A program made the translations under genes and the position numbers. From a virus, in the IMG/VR virus record IMGVR_UViG_3300030319_000065, positions 1-55,056 of that record: DNA of 55,056 nt, one strand, 5' to 3'. This document shows positions 20,090 through 28,643 of this stretch, one piece after another; the first letter of the stretch is position 1; every line of letters starts with the position of its first letter. The notes below the pieces were generated by a model. It was not told where the DNA came from. It was given only the letters and a program-made list of their open reading frames with translations, and ran no database searches.

Positions 20090-20501
20090 GGTTTTAAAGC
20101 CACTGATTCTTATTGCTATTGGTGGCTTTCTCTACACGTCTATTGAGGTCATATACAGAGGTTATACGCACTGGACGATGTTTCTTGTGGGTGGACTTGC
20201 TTTCTGGCTTATAGGGTGCATTAACGAGTATATAGAGTGGGATATGCTTATTTGGAAGCAGATGGCTGTTGGAGCGTTGATAATAACATGCTTAGAGTTC
20301 CTTACCGGATTTATAGTAAACATAATCCTAGGATGGAATGTGTGGGACTATAGCAACGTTCCATTCAATATACTTGGACAGATTTGTTTGCCGTTCTGCG
20401 CTATATGGTATTTTCTTTCTTTAATAGGAATTGTATTAGATGATTATATTAGATACTGGCTATTTAAAAAAGAAAAGCCAAAATACAGATTTAAGCCTTA
20501 A
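20082..20501 (+). CDS. Four-pass membrane protein (CmpB / putative ABC-transporter type IV-like); possible holin
   Basis: 139 aa and strongly hydrophobic. Downstream of the endolysin. The GTG start has no clear RBS. Confidence 0.55.
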   Translation: MRRVLKPLILIAIGGFLYTSIEVIYRGYTHWTMFLVGGLAFWLIGCINEYIEWDMLIWKQMAVGALIITCLEFLTGFIVNIILGWNVWDYSNVPFNILGQICLPFCAIWYFLSLIGIVLDDYIRYWLFKKEKPKYRFKP

Positions 20502-20562
20502 TAATGTATATTTTGTCGATATAATTTCCTTTTCTAAACATGATTTCTGTACTAAAATATAG

Positions 20563-20874
20563 ATGTCCTCAGTTGAGGATATCAAGTTCTGGCGAGGGGC
20601 GGTAGTTATTGGCGTTTCTTCCGTCCCTCATACTAACATTCTATACTATACTACTGATAATCTTATGTCAATTCTTGATATAAGCGAACAAATGTTCTAT
20701 AATTACTTTATCGCTATCAAGTTGTGCGGATTTTCGGGAGGGGTTCTTGTGGACGAAAAAGAAGAGTACAGAAATAAGATTATTGAAATGGTTAAGAGTG
20801 TAAATCGTAAAGACATTCTTATTTACATTTTCAAGATTACTGAGGATATAATACGGGAGGACTATGATGAATAA
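20563..20874 (+). CDS. Hypothetical protein; start uncertain
   Basis: ORF only. The C-terminal EEYRNKIIEMVKSVNRKDILIYIFKITEDII looks like a real helical protein, while the N-terminal part is doubtful. Confidence 0.35.
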   Translation: MSSVEDIKFWRGAVVIGVSSVPHTNILYYTTDNLMSILDISEQMFYNYFIAIKLCGFSGGVLVDEKEEYRNKIIEMVKSVNRKDILIYIFKITEDIIREDYDE

Positions 20875-20969
20875 CACAAAAAAGCCACCATATTTTAAAC
20901 TGTTTTTAAAATAAGTCTAATAATAGGCAACTTCCTGTACTAACTTACATATTAATTCAAAAATTTATA

Positions 20970-21308
20970 CTATTCTTCACTAAGCACGTCTATCGTATCA
21001 ATGACGTGCTTTTTCTTTTTGTCCGATAGGCTCATATATTTTTCTAATGCTTCTAACAGCTTCTTATCTTTTCTTATTTCTACCCATAAATCTGACTGTT
21101 CTGTGACTGGAACTTCCTCTTCACCGGTAGAAAGATAATGCATAGATACATCTAAATAATTTGCTATTTGTTCTAATCTATCATTTGGGAAAACTCCTTT
21201 TTTTAATCCTGATATATAAGCATTTCCAAATCCTAAATCACTTTCTAATTTTGAAATTCTAATCTTACGTTCTTTACATATCGCTTTTACGCGTTCCACG
21301 GCGTTCAT
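20970..21308 (-). CDS. CI-like XRE-family repressor
   Basis: RBS AGGAGG. HTH ISKLESDLGFGNAYISGLKKG. Divergent from a Cro-like gene. Confidence 0.8.
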   Translation of the reverse strand: MNAVERVKAICKERKIRISKLESDLGFGNAYISGLKKGVFPNDRLEQIANYLDVSMHYLSTGEEEVPVTEQSDLWVEIRKDKKLLEALEKYMSLSDKKKKHVIDTIDVLSEE

Positions 21309-21326
21309 AAAGTACCTCCTAAATTT

Positions 21327-21507
21327 TTAGAGAAAAGCCTAAAAATGGGTTGACAAATTAGAGGATACTCTATATAATTAAGCTACAAGTTAGAGAAAAG
21401 CCTAAAAATATATAGAAAACCCTCTGAAATATGTTTTTGAGCAATTCGTATTTTAGACTAATATCTAATAATTGTCAATAGACTTTTCTCTAAATAATAG
21501 AGAAAGG
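21327..21507. promoter_or_regulatory. Lysis/lysogeny switch: operator repeats, a rightward consensus promoter and a candidate leftward promoter
   Basis: A 20-nt direct repeat TTAGAGAAAAGCCTAAAAAT occurs at 21327 and 21390. A palindrome CTTTTCTCTAAataaTAGAGAAAGG lies at 21483-21507. Rightward promoter: TTGACA 21350-55, 17-nt spacer, TATAAT 21373-78. Candidate leftward promoter on the minus strand: TTGACA 21478-73 and TAAAAT 21455-50. Confidence 0.7.
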
Positions 21508-21517
21508 AGATGTCGAA

Positions 21518-21706
21518 ATGATTTATAAAAAAATCATGAAATACTGTGAAGAAAACCATCTTTCAATAGCTGCATTTGAAAAGAAGTGCAATATCGGAAA
21601 CGGTACAATCGGAAGATGGGAAAAAGGGAGTAAACCATCATTAGATACTCTTGAAAAAATCGAAAAAGAAACAGGAATCACAGTATCGGAACTTGTTAGC
21701 AATTAG
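21518..21706 (+). CDS. Cro-like XRE-family HTH protein
   Basis: 62 aa. HTH ISIAAFEKKCNIGNGTIGRWEKG. RBS AAAGGAG. Confidence 0.75.
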   Translation: MIYKKIMKYCEENHLSIAAFEKKCNIGNGTIGRWEKGSKPSLDTLEKIEKETGITVSELVSN

Positions 21707-21715
21707 GGAGGAAGA

Positions 21716-22162
21716 ATGTCCGAAAAAGTTGTATACGCTATAAAGCATAACAAAACAAACAGAATATACATAGGTTCATCGGAAAGGGTGTGTTGGAGAA
21801 TAAAAGATCATCTGAAATTACTTAGAACTGGAAAACATAAGAATGAACTTATGCAAAGTGATTTTAACGATTTTGGTGAAGATTACAGTTTTTATGCTTT
21901 GGATGTAGTACCTACCCAGTGGTTTAAAGAAAGAGAATATTACTGGATGCTATATTTTGAAACATATAACAAAGAAAAGGGGTACAACTACAAAGATCGA
22001 GCAATGGCAAGACGTGACATTAAATATTTCCCTGAGATTGATATGGAAATTACAGAACCGGTCAAAAATAGGGACATGCTAACTTGTTTTGAAAGAACTG
22101 CGAAGTATTTAGGCTATGGATTGGACGAGTTAATGGCTTTGAAGAAAGAGGAAAGCGACTAA
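21716..22162 (+). CDS. GIY-YIG nuclease domain protein
   Basis: Motifs VVYAIKHNKTNRIYIGSS, WRIKDH, EREYYW and GYN. Confidence 0.7.
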   Translation: MSEKVVYAIKHNKTNRIYIGSSERVCWRIKDHLKLLRTGKHKNELMQSDFNDFGEDYSFYALDVVPTQWFKEREYYWMLYFETYNKEKGYNYKDRAMARRDIKYFPEIDMEITEPVKNRDMLTCFERTAKYLGYGLDELMALKKEESD

Positions 22163-22320
22163 TGAGTTATGGAATAGCATCTAATCACAATCACTTTACC
22201 GGGAAGAAAAATCCAATTAAAAATGTCAAGAAAAAGAAAGTAAAAAAGAAACAGAATTCACACAAAAACAAGTACAAGAAAGGGGTGAAGAAAAATAATG
22301 AGAAAACCGTATTGCATTGA
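22162..22320 (+). CDS. 52-aa lysine-rich hypothetical protein
   Basis: TAATG overlap with the upstream gene. The sequence is very basic (KKKKVKKKQNSHKNKYKKGVKK). Below the ORF-track size cutoff. Confidence 0.35.
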   Translation: MSYGIASNHNHFTGKKNPIKNVKKKKVKKKQNSHKNKYKKGVKKNNEKTVLH

Positions 22321-22477
22321 TGGTGACGAGTCACATAGAACCCTACAGGATTATGTGGAGTTGATCGCACTTGGGATTGCAGACGAAATAATTAGGAGTG
22401 AGAAAACAGAAAAAATACAAATTGAATGTAAAATACTCGATTCTCTCACCAAAGCGTTAAAAGTAACCAAAAATTAA
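22298..22477 (+). CDS. 59-aa hypothetical protein
   Basis: ATG after AGGGGTG. Read by hand because it is below the ORF-track size cutoff. Confidence 0.4.
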   Translation: MRKPYCIDGDESHRTLQDYVELIALGIADEIIRSEKTEKIQIECKILDSLTKALKVTKN

Positions 22478-22653
22478 CGCCGTGAACTAAATGGATTTGG
22501 AACCGCTTCTGCTTTTCCTAGTTCCGGTTCTGGTGAATAATTAATGATTTCTGAATAGTATTGGTCGTACAGTTTTTTGAAATCATCAAAAGTTTTATTA
22601 AAACCACAGATTTTGGCAATAGCATAAAGAGAAGCATATTCTTTATCCGACAT
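22474..22653 (-). CDS. 59-aa hypothetical protein; lone reverse-strand early gene
   Basis: Start at MSDKEY, 7 nt after GGAGGTG. Its 3' end overlaps 22298..22477 by 4 nt. Confidence 0.55.
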   Translation of the reverse strand: MSDKEYASLYAIAKICGFNKTFDDFKKLYDQYYSEIINYSPEPELGKAEAVPNPFSSRR

Positions 22654-22721
22654 AATGATCACCTCCTATCTTATTAATAGATAGGTGAATTATATCACAA
22701 AAGCAGAAAGAAAGGAGATTT

Positions 22722-23456
22722 ATGAACGAATTACAGATTTTCAATTCATCAGAGTTTGGAGAAATCCGGACAATAACTATTGATAATGAACCGTGGTTCG
22801 TGGGTAAAGATGTAGCAGAAGCACTTGAATATAACGAACCTCACAAGGCTATCTCAAGACATGTCGATGAAGATGATAGGATGAAACATCCCGTCAACGA
22901 TTCAACAGGAAGAAATCAGGAGGTATGGATAATTAACGAGTCTGGTGTATATGCATTGACTTTTGGAAGCAAATTGGAGTCAGCCAAGAGGTTTAAACAT
23001 TGGGTGACATCAGAAGTGCTCCCATCAATCCGGAAAACCGGAAGATATGGAGTTCCAAAAACACCAAGTGAACAGATACAGCTGATCGCACAGGGATATG
23101 TGGAACTTGAGCATACAGTAAATGGAATCAAAGATGATGTGGCTGATCTGAAAGACAATATGCCGTTATATGGTTGCGAGATAGATGAAGTATCGAACCA
23201 CGTAAAGCGGAGAGTGGTAAACGTCCTTGGTGGCAAAGATAGCGAAGCATACAAGGACAGTAGCGTTAGAGGACAGGTATTTTCTGATATTTACACGCAG
23301 ATCAAACGGGAGTACGGACTGGTATCTTCCTATAAGAGTATCAAGAGGAAATATCTGGCAGATGTGCATGATTTCATTGATTGCTACGAACTTCCTCGAT
23401 ATTTGGAAGAACAGATCAATGAGTGTAACGCACAAATGAGAATAGGAGGTATGTGA
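22722..23456 (+). CDS. Antirepressor: Bro-N domain plus ORF6C-like C-terminal domain
   Basis: N-terminal Bro-N signature: FNSSEFGEIRTITIDNEPWFVGKDVAEAL, INESGVYALTFGSKLESAKRFKHWVTSEVLPSIRKTG. Confidence 0.8.
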   Translation: MNELQIFNSSEFGEIRTITIDNEPWFVGKDVAEALEYNEPHKAISRHVDEDDRMKHPVNDSTGRNQEVWIINESGVYALTFGSKLESAKRFKHWVTSEVLPSIRKTGRYGVPKTPSEQIQLIAQGYVELEHTVNGIKDDVADLKDNMPLYGCEIDEVSNHVKRRVVNVLGGKDSEAYKDSSVRGQVFSDIYTQIKREYGLVSSYKSIKRKYLADVHDFIDCYELPRYLEEQINECNAQMRIGGM

Positions 23457-23457
23457 A

Positions 23458-23565
23458 ATGTACGTAAATCCATTTTGGATGGGAGTTCTTACAACTATCG
23501 GAGTAGAATTGCTTGCTATCGTAGTCGCAGCATTGGCAAGCGGATGGAGAAACAATGAAAAATAG
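23458..23565 (+). CDS. 35-aa single-pass membrane peptide
   Basis: ATG 7 nt after GGAGG. Sequence MYVNPFWMGVLTTIGVELLAIVVAALASGW. Confidence 0.4.
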   Translation: MYVNPFWMGVLTTIGVELLAIVVAALASGWRNNEK

Positions 23566-23688
23566 AGTATTGAATCAGATAGGATGCCTTGTGGCTATGT
23601 TTCTGTTTGCAACATTCTTTTTTGTTGCGTTAATGGCAATGTGCTCACTGGTACACCTATTTTGTTGAGAATTGAAAGGAGTAAAGAT

Positions 23689-24003
23689 ATGTTATTTGCT
23701 AAGACACACGCTGAAAGAATTATGTCGCTTGCTATGGGAATTTCCACAGTATCTAATTGTGAGAAAGGATTTCCGTATGTTTGCTTTTCGATAGAGGGAG
23801 ACGGTAATTATTTGCTCGTGTATGTAAAGGAGCATGGTCAGGACTACAGTGCAAGGTCTGACAACTCTTATTACTTCTCACTGAACAAGGAGTGTAGTGA
23901 CATTGTTTACAATTCTTGTGTTGAGTATTTGGAAAAGATTTTGGATGTAGCCAAAAGAAGAAGGGAGCGTAAATCTGATGATTCTGACGGACAATCCGCA
24001 TAG
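23689..24003 (+). CDS. Hypothetical protein
   Basis: Start at MLFAKTH after AAAGGAG. Confidence 0.5.
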   Translation: MLFAKTHAERIMSLAMGISTVSNCEKGFPYVCFSIEGDGNYLLVYVKEHGQDYSARSDNSYYFSLNKECSDIVYNSCVEYLEKILDVAKRRRERKSDDSDGQSA

Positions 24004-24169
24004 GGACTTTGATCGCTATGATGCAGAAGTGGAAGACAGATTAAAGAATCTTCCGGTTTGTGCGTACTGTAACGAGCCAATCCAACAGGAATCAGCGGTT
24101 TGTGTTGATGATGATTGGATTTGCGATAGATGCCTGGAGGATTTACGGAGGGGAATATGCATGGATTAA
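23978..24169 (+). CDS. Small Cys4 zinc-binding protein
   Basis: Motifs CAYCNEP and ICDRCLEDL. Confidence 0.5.
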   Translation: MILTDNPHRDFDRYDAEVEDRLKNLPVCAYCNEPIQQESAVCVDDDWICDRCLEDLRRGICMD

Positions 24170-25002
24170 AGATTTCAAATGAAGAATATAGGTCAAGAGC
24201 CGGACTTTCTTCTACTGATATTAAGAGGATGGCTCAGAGTATGGCTCATTATAAATACTACTATGACCATCCAGAAAGCAAAGATACACCGTCTTTGCAG
24301 TTTGGAAGAGCATACCATAAGTACTGCTTAGAACCATCGGATTTCTACAATGAATTTGTGGTGGCGCCGAATATTGACCGCAGAACAAAAGTCGGAAAAG
24401 AAGAGTGGGCTGAGTTCGTTGCAGAAAGTGACGGACTGGAAATTATCACACAGGACACATTACAAGTTTTGGATGATATGAGGAATGCATTGTACGCCAC
24501 ACCTTACGTAAAAAAACTTATATATGGATTCCACGAAGAGAGTTTCTTCTGGAATGATGAAGCAACAGATCTGTATTGCAAGTGCAGACCGGATAGTTAC
24601 GGAAGTGTCGGAAAGCAACCTATTATAGTTGATTTAAAGACTTGCCAATCGGCTGATACTCAGAAGTTTATGAGAGATGCGGTACGACTGAATTACGACA
24701 TTCAAGCTGCACACTACTGTAACGGTATGAAAACTGTCACCGGATACGATTACATTTTTGTTTTCGTTGCTCAGGAGAAGACCCCACCGTATTTGTGCAA
24801 TGTATTACAGTCAGATGAATATTTTATGCAGTCTGGGGCTGATACACGTTTGGCACTTCTGGAAATGTACAAAGAGTGTCTTGCTAAAGATGATTGGTGT
24901 GGTTACATGGGATTTCGTGACGAGGTTCAGATAAGCAGTCTTGGCTTACCGGACTGGATGAAAAAGTCATATGGCTATGAAGAAAGCGAGGTTGGTGAAT
25001 GA
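24157..25002 (+). CDS. PD-(D/E)XK recombination exonuclease (RecE/Cas4-like fold)
   Basis: CRPDSYG....IIVDLKTCQS core. Partnered with recT downstream. Confidence 0.65.
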   Translation: MHGLKISNEEYRSRAGLSSTDIKRMAQSMAHYKYYYDHPESKDTPSLQFGRAYHKYCLEPSDFYNEFVVAPNIDRRTKVGKEEWAEFVAESDGLEIITQDTLQVLDDMRNALYATPYVKKLIYGFHEESFFWNDEATDLYCKCRPDSYGSVGKQPIIVDLKTCQSADTQKFMRDAVRLNYDIQAAHYCNGMKTVTGYDYIFVFVAQEKTPPYLCNVLQSDEYFMQSGADTRLALLEMYKECLAKDDWCGYMGFRDEVQISSLGLPDWMKKSYGYEESEVGE

Positions 25003-25280
25003 GTAAAAATCCATGCGCTAACTGCAATAACGCATTTGAATATAACTCACTCACCTCAAAGACGACACATGAAATCATGGTGGGAGGTGTAAACGTGGCA
25101 ACGATGAAGATAACCAAGTGCACTGGCGAGGGTCAAGGCTCTTGCAAACGCTGTTCTGACAATGGTAAATGGAATCGTAGTTGGATGGTTTTCCTCTATA
25201 AGATTGAAGGTCTTGAGGGGTGCTACTGTTCCGATTGCGTGAAAGAAATTGAAGGAGGTGCTGTAAATGGAAGAAAATAA
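24999..25280 (+). CDS. Cys-rich hypothetical protein
   Basis: 93 aa with CANC, CKRC and CSDC pairs. ATGA overlap with the upstream gene. Confidence 0.5.
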   Translation: MSKNPCANCNNAFEYNSLTSKTTHEIMVGGVNVATMKITKCTGEGQGSCKRCSDNGKWNRSWMVFLYKIEGLEGCYCSDCVKEIEGGAVNGRK

Positions 25281-25968
25281 ACCCGTTATTCAGGAAGAAA
25301 AAAAAGAGGTTGCTACAAAATCGGAACACGTGAACATGGTAGCTGATTTTGAGCATAGTATCTATGGAAGTTCCGATAGCTTTACTATGGCAAGGAAAAT
25401 GGCTCAGGCTCTCAGTCAATCAACAATCGTTCCCCAACATTTCCAGAGGAACGAAGCTAACTGCATGGTGGCCATTTCTCAAGCTCAGAAGATGAACATT
25501 GACCCGTTTACTGTAATGCAAAACATGTACATGATACAGGGGAAAATATCATGGAAATCCAGTTTTTTGATCGCCATGATTAATGCATCCGGGAAGTACG
25601 ATATGGAGTTGCAGTTTGAGGAAGAAGAAAAGTCTGGAAAACCATATTCTTGCAGATGCTGGACAACTAAAGATGGTCGCCGTGTAGACGGCATCAAAGT
25701 AACTATGGATATGGCAGAAGCAGAAGGATGGACAAAGAAGAATGGTAGTAAGTGGAAAACACTTCCAGCATTAATGCTCAGATATCGTTCGGCTAGTTTT
25801 TTTGCAAATCTTAATTGCCCGGAACTTACGAGCGGATTTTATACAAAAGAAGAGATGCTTGATAATGATTTTAGTCAGCAACCAGAAAAGCAGACAAATC
25901 TGAATGATCTGCTTAAGGATGATGATAGCAATTCAATAGATGTTGAAGCTACTATTGTTGAAGAATAG
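25267..25968 (+). CDS. recT: RecT-family single-strand annealing protein
   Basis: QALSQSTIVPQHFQRNEANCMVAISQAQKMNIDPFTVMQNMYMIQGK is a typical RecT core. Confidence 0.75.
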   Translation: MEENKPVIQEEKKEVATKSEHVNMVADFEHSIYGSSDSFTMARKMAQALSQSTIVPQHFQRNEANCMVAISQAQKMNIDPFTVMQNMYMIQGKISWKSSFLIAMINASGKYDMELQFEEEEKSGKPYSCRCWTTKDGRRVDGIKVTMDMAEAEGWTKKNGSKWKTLPALMLRYRSASFFANLNCPELTSGFYTKEEMLDNDFSQQPEKQTNLNDLLKDDDSNSIDVEATIVEE

Positions 25969-25997
25969 GGGGAAGATTATATTCCAGATTAACGGAG

Positions 25998-26447
25998 GTG
26001 GCTGCTATTAAATATACAGTAGAAATACCGAATAAGTGCGGTAGATTCCCGATAAAAGGACTGAACGAACTTTTGGACGGAAAGATATATGACTACCGCA
26101 CAAAAAGGTATAGAAATCCGGTGAAAAGGTCAAATGATCAAATATGTTTACGTGCAATTAATAAGTGTATGAAAGGCGTTAAAATTGATAAACCAATCCG
26201 ATGTATTTATTGGATTTACGCAAAGGACAAAAGGCATGACAGGACAAATCTATATAACATTGACAAATCTTTTCTTGACGCTTTACAACTAGCCGGAGTA
26301 ATAAAAAATGATTCATGGGATTATGTATACGATAGCGAATTTCACACGGAATTATGTAGAGAAAACCCACGGATCATTATAGAAATTGAGGAGGTAGAAA
26401 ATGCAGATCAAAAAGGAAACAACAATATCCGCTATGGCAACGGATAA
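25998..26447 (+). CDS. rusA: RusA-like Holliday junction resolvase; start codon uncertain
   Basis: HDRTNLYNIDKSFLDALQLAGVIKNDSW is a RusA-like motif. GTG 25998 overlaps GGAGG 25994-98. An in-frame ATT at 26007 has better spacing from the RBS. Confidence 0.5.
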   Translation: MAAIKYTVEIPNKCGRFPIKGLNELLDGKIYDYRTKRYRNPVKRSNDQICLRAINKCMKGVKIDKPIRCIYWIYAKDKRHDRTNLYNIDKSFLDALQLAGVIKNDSWDYVYDSEFHTELCRENPRIIIEIEEVENADQKGNNNIRYGNG

Positions 26448-26682
26448 TCAGGTAATTAAAGAGGGAGATACGGTGGTTTTCGAAGCTATCGGAAAATGCT
26501 TTACCGGAACATTTCTTGGTTTTGGTAGAAACGGAGCACTGAGATTTAAGAGTGTTTTGTTTGATTCTGAGGTTACATTCAACATAATGCCAAACAGTAT
26601 TGAGCGCATATATGTTGCGAACGTAGAAATTCCGGAGCAACCGTTTATGAATATTCCAGAGGATGGTGGTAACGATGAATAA
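26401..26682 (+). CDS. Hypothetical protein
   Basis: ATG 8 nt after GAGGAGG. 93 aa. Confidence 0.55.
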   Translation: MQIKKETTISAMATDNQVIKEGDTVVFEAIGKCFTGTFLGFGRNGALRFKSVLFDSEVTFNIMPNSIERIYVANVEIPEQPFMNIPEDGGNDE

Positions 26683-27100
26683 AGTTATTTTTATGGGGCG
26701 CATTACCAGAGATCCGGAAGTGAGATACAGTAACGGAGCAAACGGTCAAATGGCAATCGCTAATTTCAGTTTAGCTGTTGATTCTGGATTTGGTCAGAAC
26801 AAAAAAGCCAACTTCTTTAATATGGTTGCATTTGGCAAAGTTGCTGAAACAGTCGAAAAATATTTAAAAAAAGGAACTAAGATTCTGGCAGAGTGTGAAG
26901 CGAGTCAAAACCAGTACAAAAAGCAGGACGGTACAAAAGTAAATACAGTCCAGTTCATCATGAGGGAGTTTGAGTTTGCAGAAAGCAAAAATTCAAATCA
27001 ACAGAGCGCAAATACTCAGGAACCACCTGTTGCAATGACGGACAGTGATGGATTTATGGATATACCCGACAATATCGACGAGGAACTCCCTTTTAATTGA
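26675..27100 (+). CDS. ssb: Single-stranded DNA-binding protein
   Basis: MNKVIFMGRITRDPEVRY OB-fold start and acidic tail DIPDNIDEELPF. Confidence 0.85.
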   Translation: MNKVIFMGRITRDPEVRYSNGANGQMAIANFSLAVDSGFGQNKKANFFNMVAFGKVAETVEKYLKKGTKILAECEASQNQYKKQDGTKVNTVQFIMREFEFAESKNSNQQSANTQEPPVAMTDSDGFMDIPDNIDEELPFN

Positions 27101-27126
27101 TTAAATTTTATAGAAAGAGGTGCTTT

Positions 27127-27864
27127 ATGAGTGAACTTAAAATTGGAGATTATGTAAGAGTAAAGAAGCTTAAGAAACGACCAATCGGATGGAATGAGAA
27201 AGGTAAGATGGATCACCTTATGGGTAAAATTTGCAAGGTTACAAGTATTTCTGGTTTTGGAGATACCATAAGAATTTACGACAAAAAATATGATTATTCA
27301 TGGAGTGTCCACAAAGAAGAAGTAGAAAAAGTTTCCAATACCATTGTCATTTACATGAAAGGAAATCAAGTGATTGCTTTGGATAAAGCGACCGGGAAAA
27401 AAGCTGTTGCGAAGTGTCATCCAGATGATGAATTTGATTTTAACATCGGAGCGAAACTGGCATTTGAAAGATTGATGGGGGTTAGCTATGAAATCAGTGT
27501 AAAGGAAATGAGAGATAAACTTTACAAATATTGCAATGATTCTTCAAAAATGTGTATTGATTGCGACTTAGGAGGAAGAAAATGCCGTTGTGGAATGGGT
27601 GTACATTTTAGGACAAAGTATATGGATGGAACATATAAAATGTCTGACGAGGAAATTAGAGTAGCGTATAAGACCATATTTGGTGATAAGGAAAAAGAAG
27701 AACCAAAAGAAGAGCCAAAAAAAGAAGAACCAAAAGAAGAGCCAAAAGATTTTGCAAAAGCAATGTATGAAATTCGGAGCGATCTTGAGAAAGCCGGATT
27801 TACAAAACAGGAATCAATGGATTTTGTGATTAAGCTTTCTTTAAAAGCACTGTACCCGAATTAG
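27127..27864 (+). CDS. Hypothetical protein with a KEEP-repeat linker and a Cys cluster
   Basis: Start at MSELKIG after AGAGGTG. Contains CIDCDLGGRKCRCG and (EEPK)n. Confidence 0.55.
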   Translation: MSELKIGDYVRVKKLKKRPIGWNEKGKMDHLMGKICKVTSISGFGDTIRIYDKKYDYSWSVHKEEVEKVSNTIVIYMKGNQVIALDKATGKKAVAKCHPDDEFDFNIGAKLAFERLMGVSYEISVKEMRDKLYKYCNDSSKMCIDCDLGGRKCRCGMGVHFRTKYMDGTYKMSDEEIRVAYKTIFGDKEKEEPKEEPKKEEPKEEPKDFAKAMYEIRSDLEKAGFTKQESMDFVIKLSLKALYPN

Positions 27865-27888
27865 AATTAGCAGAAAGCGGGGAAAAAC

Positions 27889-28053
27889 ATGGAAAAAAGA
27901 AATGCCAAACCTACATACTGCCAGTACCCGAATTGCTTTATCTGTCCATACAAAGACTGTGCCTATGACAGACCGCCCAAGGGTGGAAATCAAGTATTAA
28001 ATAGATTCGGTGTTTGTGTGGACACCATAAAAGAACTGGGGGTATTTGAGTGA
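27889..28053 (+). CDS. 54-aa Cys-rich hypothetical protein
   Basis: ORF read by hand. Weak RBS. Confidence 0.3.
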   Translation: MEKRNAKPTYCQYPNCFICPYKDCAYDRPPKGGNQVLNRFGVCVDTIKELGVFE

Positions 28054-28081
28054 ATACCAGAACTTGAAAGGAGTGTAATAC

Positions 28082-28642
28082 ATGAGAGTTTTTGATGAAT
28101 TAGATATATCCCGTAGCGATTTTTCTCTTGAAACTTTTGAATTATTGCCGACAAAAGCAAAATTAATCTTATTTACTGTTTTGCATGAACTTGCAAAGAA
28201 AAAAAGTATTTACCTTATTGACATAGTGAGGTTTTGGGAAGAAGATTTTTATTCATGCAATAGTCCAATAGAGTCTATTTTTATGATGGCATTTAATATC
28301 GTGAGCATTTTGAGAGAAAAGGAATTAAATGATGATGATTACGGTGTTTCAATCTTTCCACAACATGAAATTCAAATTGAAAAAAAGAAATATTATGCAG
28401 ATTTTTTTATTTGGATACAAAATTCAGAATCTGACATTTCTGTGTTAGTGGAATGTGATGGACATGATTTTCACGAAAAAACAAAAGAACAGGTCGAAAA
28501 GGATAACGAACGGGAATACGAATTAAAGATGGCTGGTTATGAAATATTAAGATTTAGCGGGAGTCAGATATATAATAACCCTTTCAAATGTGCAAATGAT
28601 GTATATGATTATTTGATTTTAAAAGAAAAAAGGCAGGGATAA
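28082..28642 (+). CDS. DUF559/Vsr-like endonuclease-fold protein
   Basis: C-terminal half YADFFIW...VLVECDGHDFHEKTKEQVEKDNEREYELKMAGYEILRFSGSQI. Confidence 0.55.
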   Translation: MRVFDELDISRSDFSLETFELLPTKAKLILFTVLHELAKKKSIYLIDIVRFWEEDFYSCNSPIESIFMMAFNIVSILREKELNDDDYGVSIFPQHEIQIEKKKYYADFFIWIQNSESDISVLVECDGHDFHEKTKEQVEKDNEREYELKMAGYEILRFSGSQIYNNPFKCANDVYDYLILKEKRQG

Positions 28643-28643
28643 A

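Noticed and set aside
25998-26000. GTG 25998 as the confident start of the RusA-like gene.
   Set aside because: It overlaps the only SD (GGAGG 25994-98) by one base. The true start may be the in-frame ATT at 26007 or another non-canonical codon. The coordinates are kept but flagged as uncertain.
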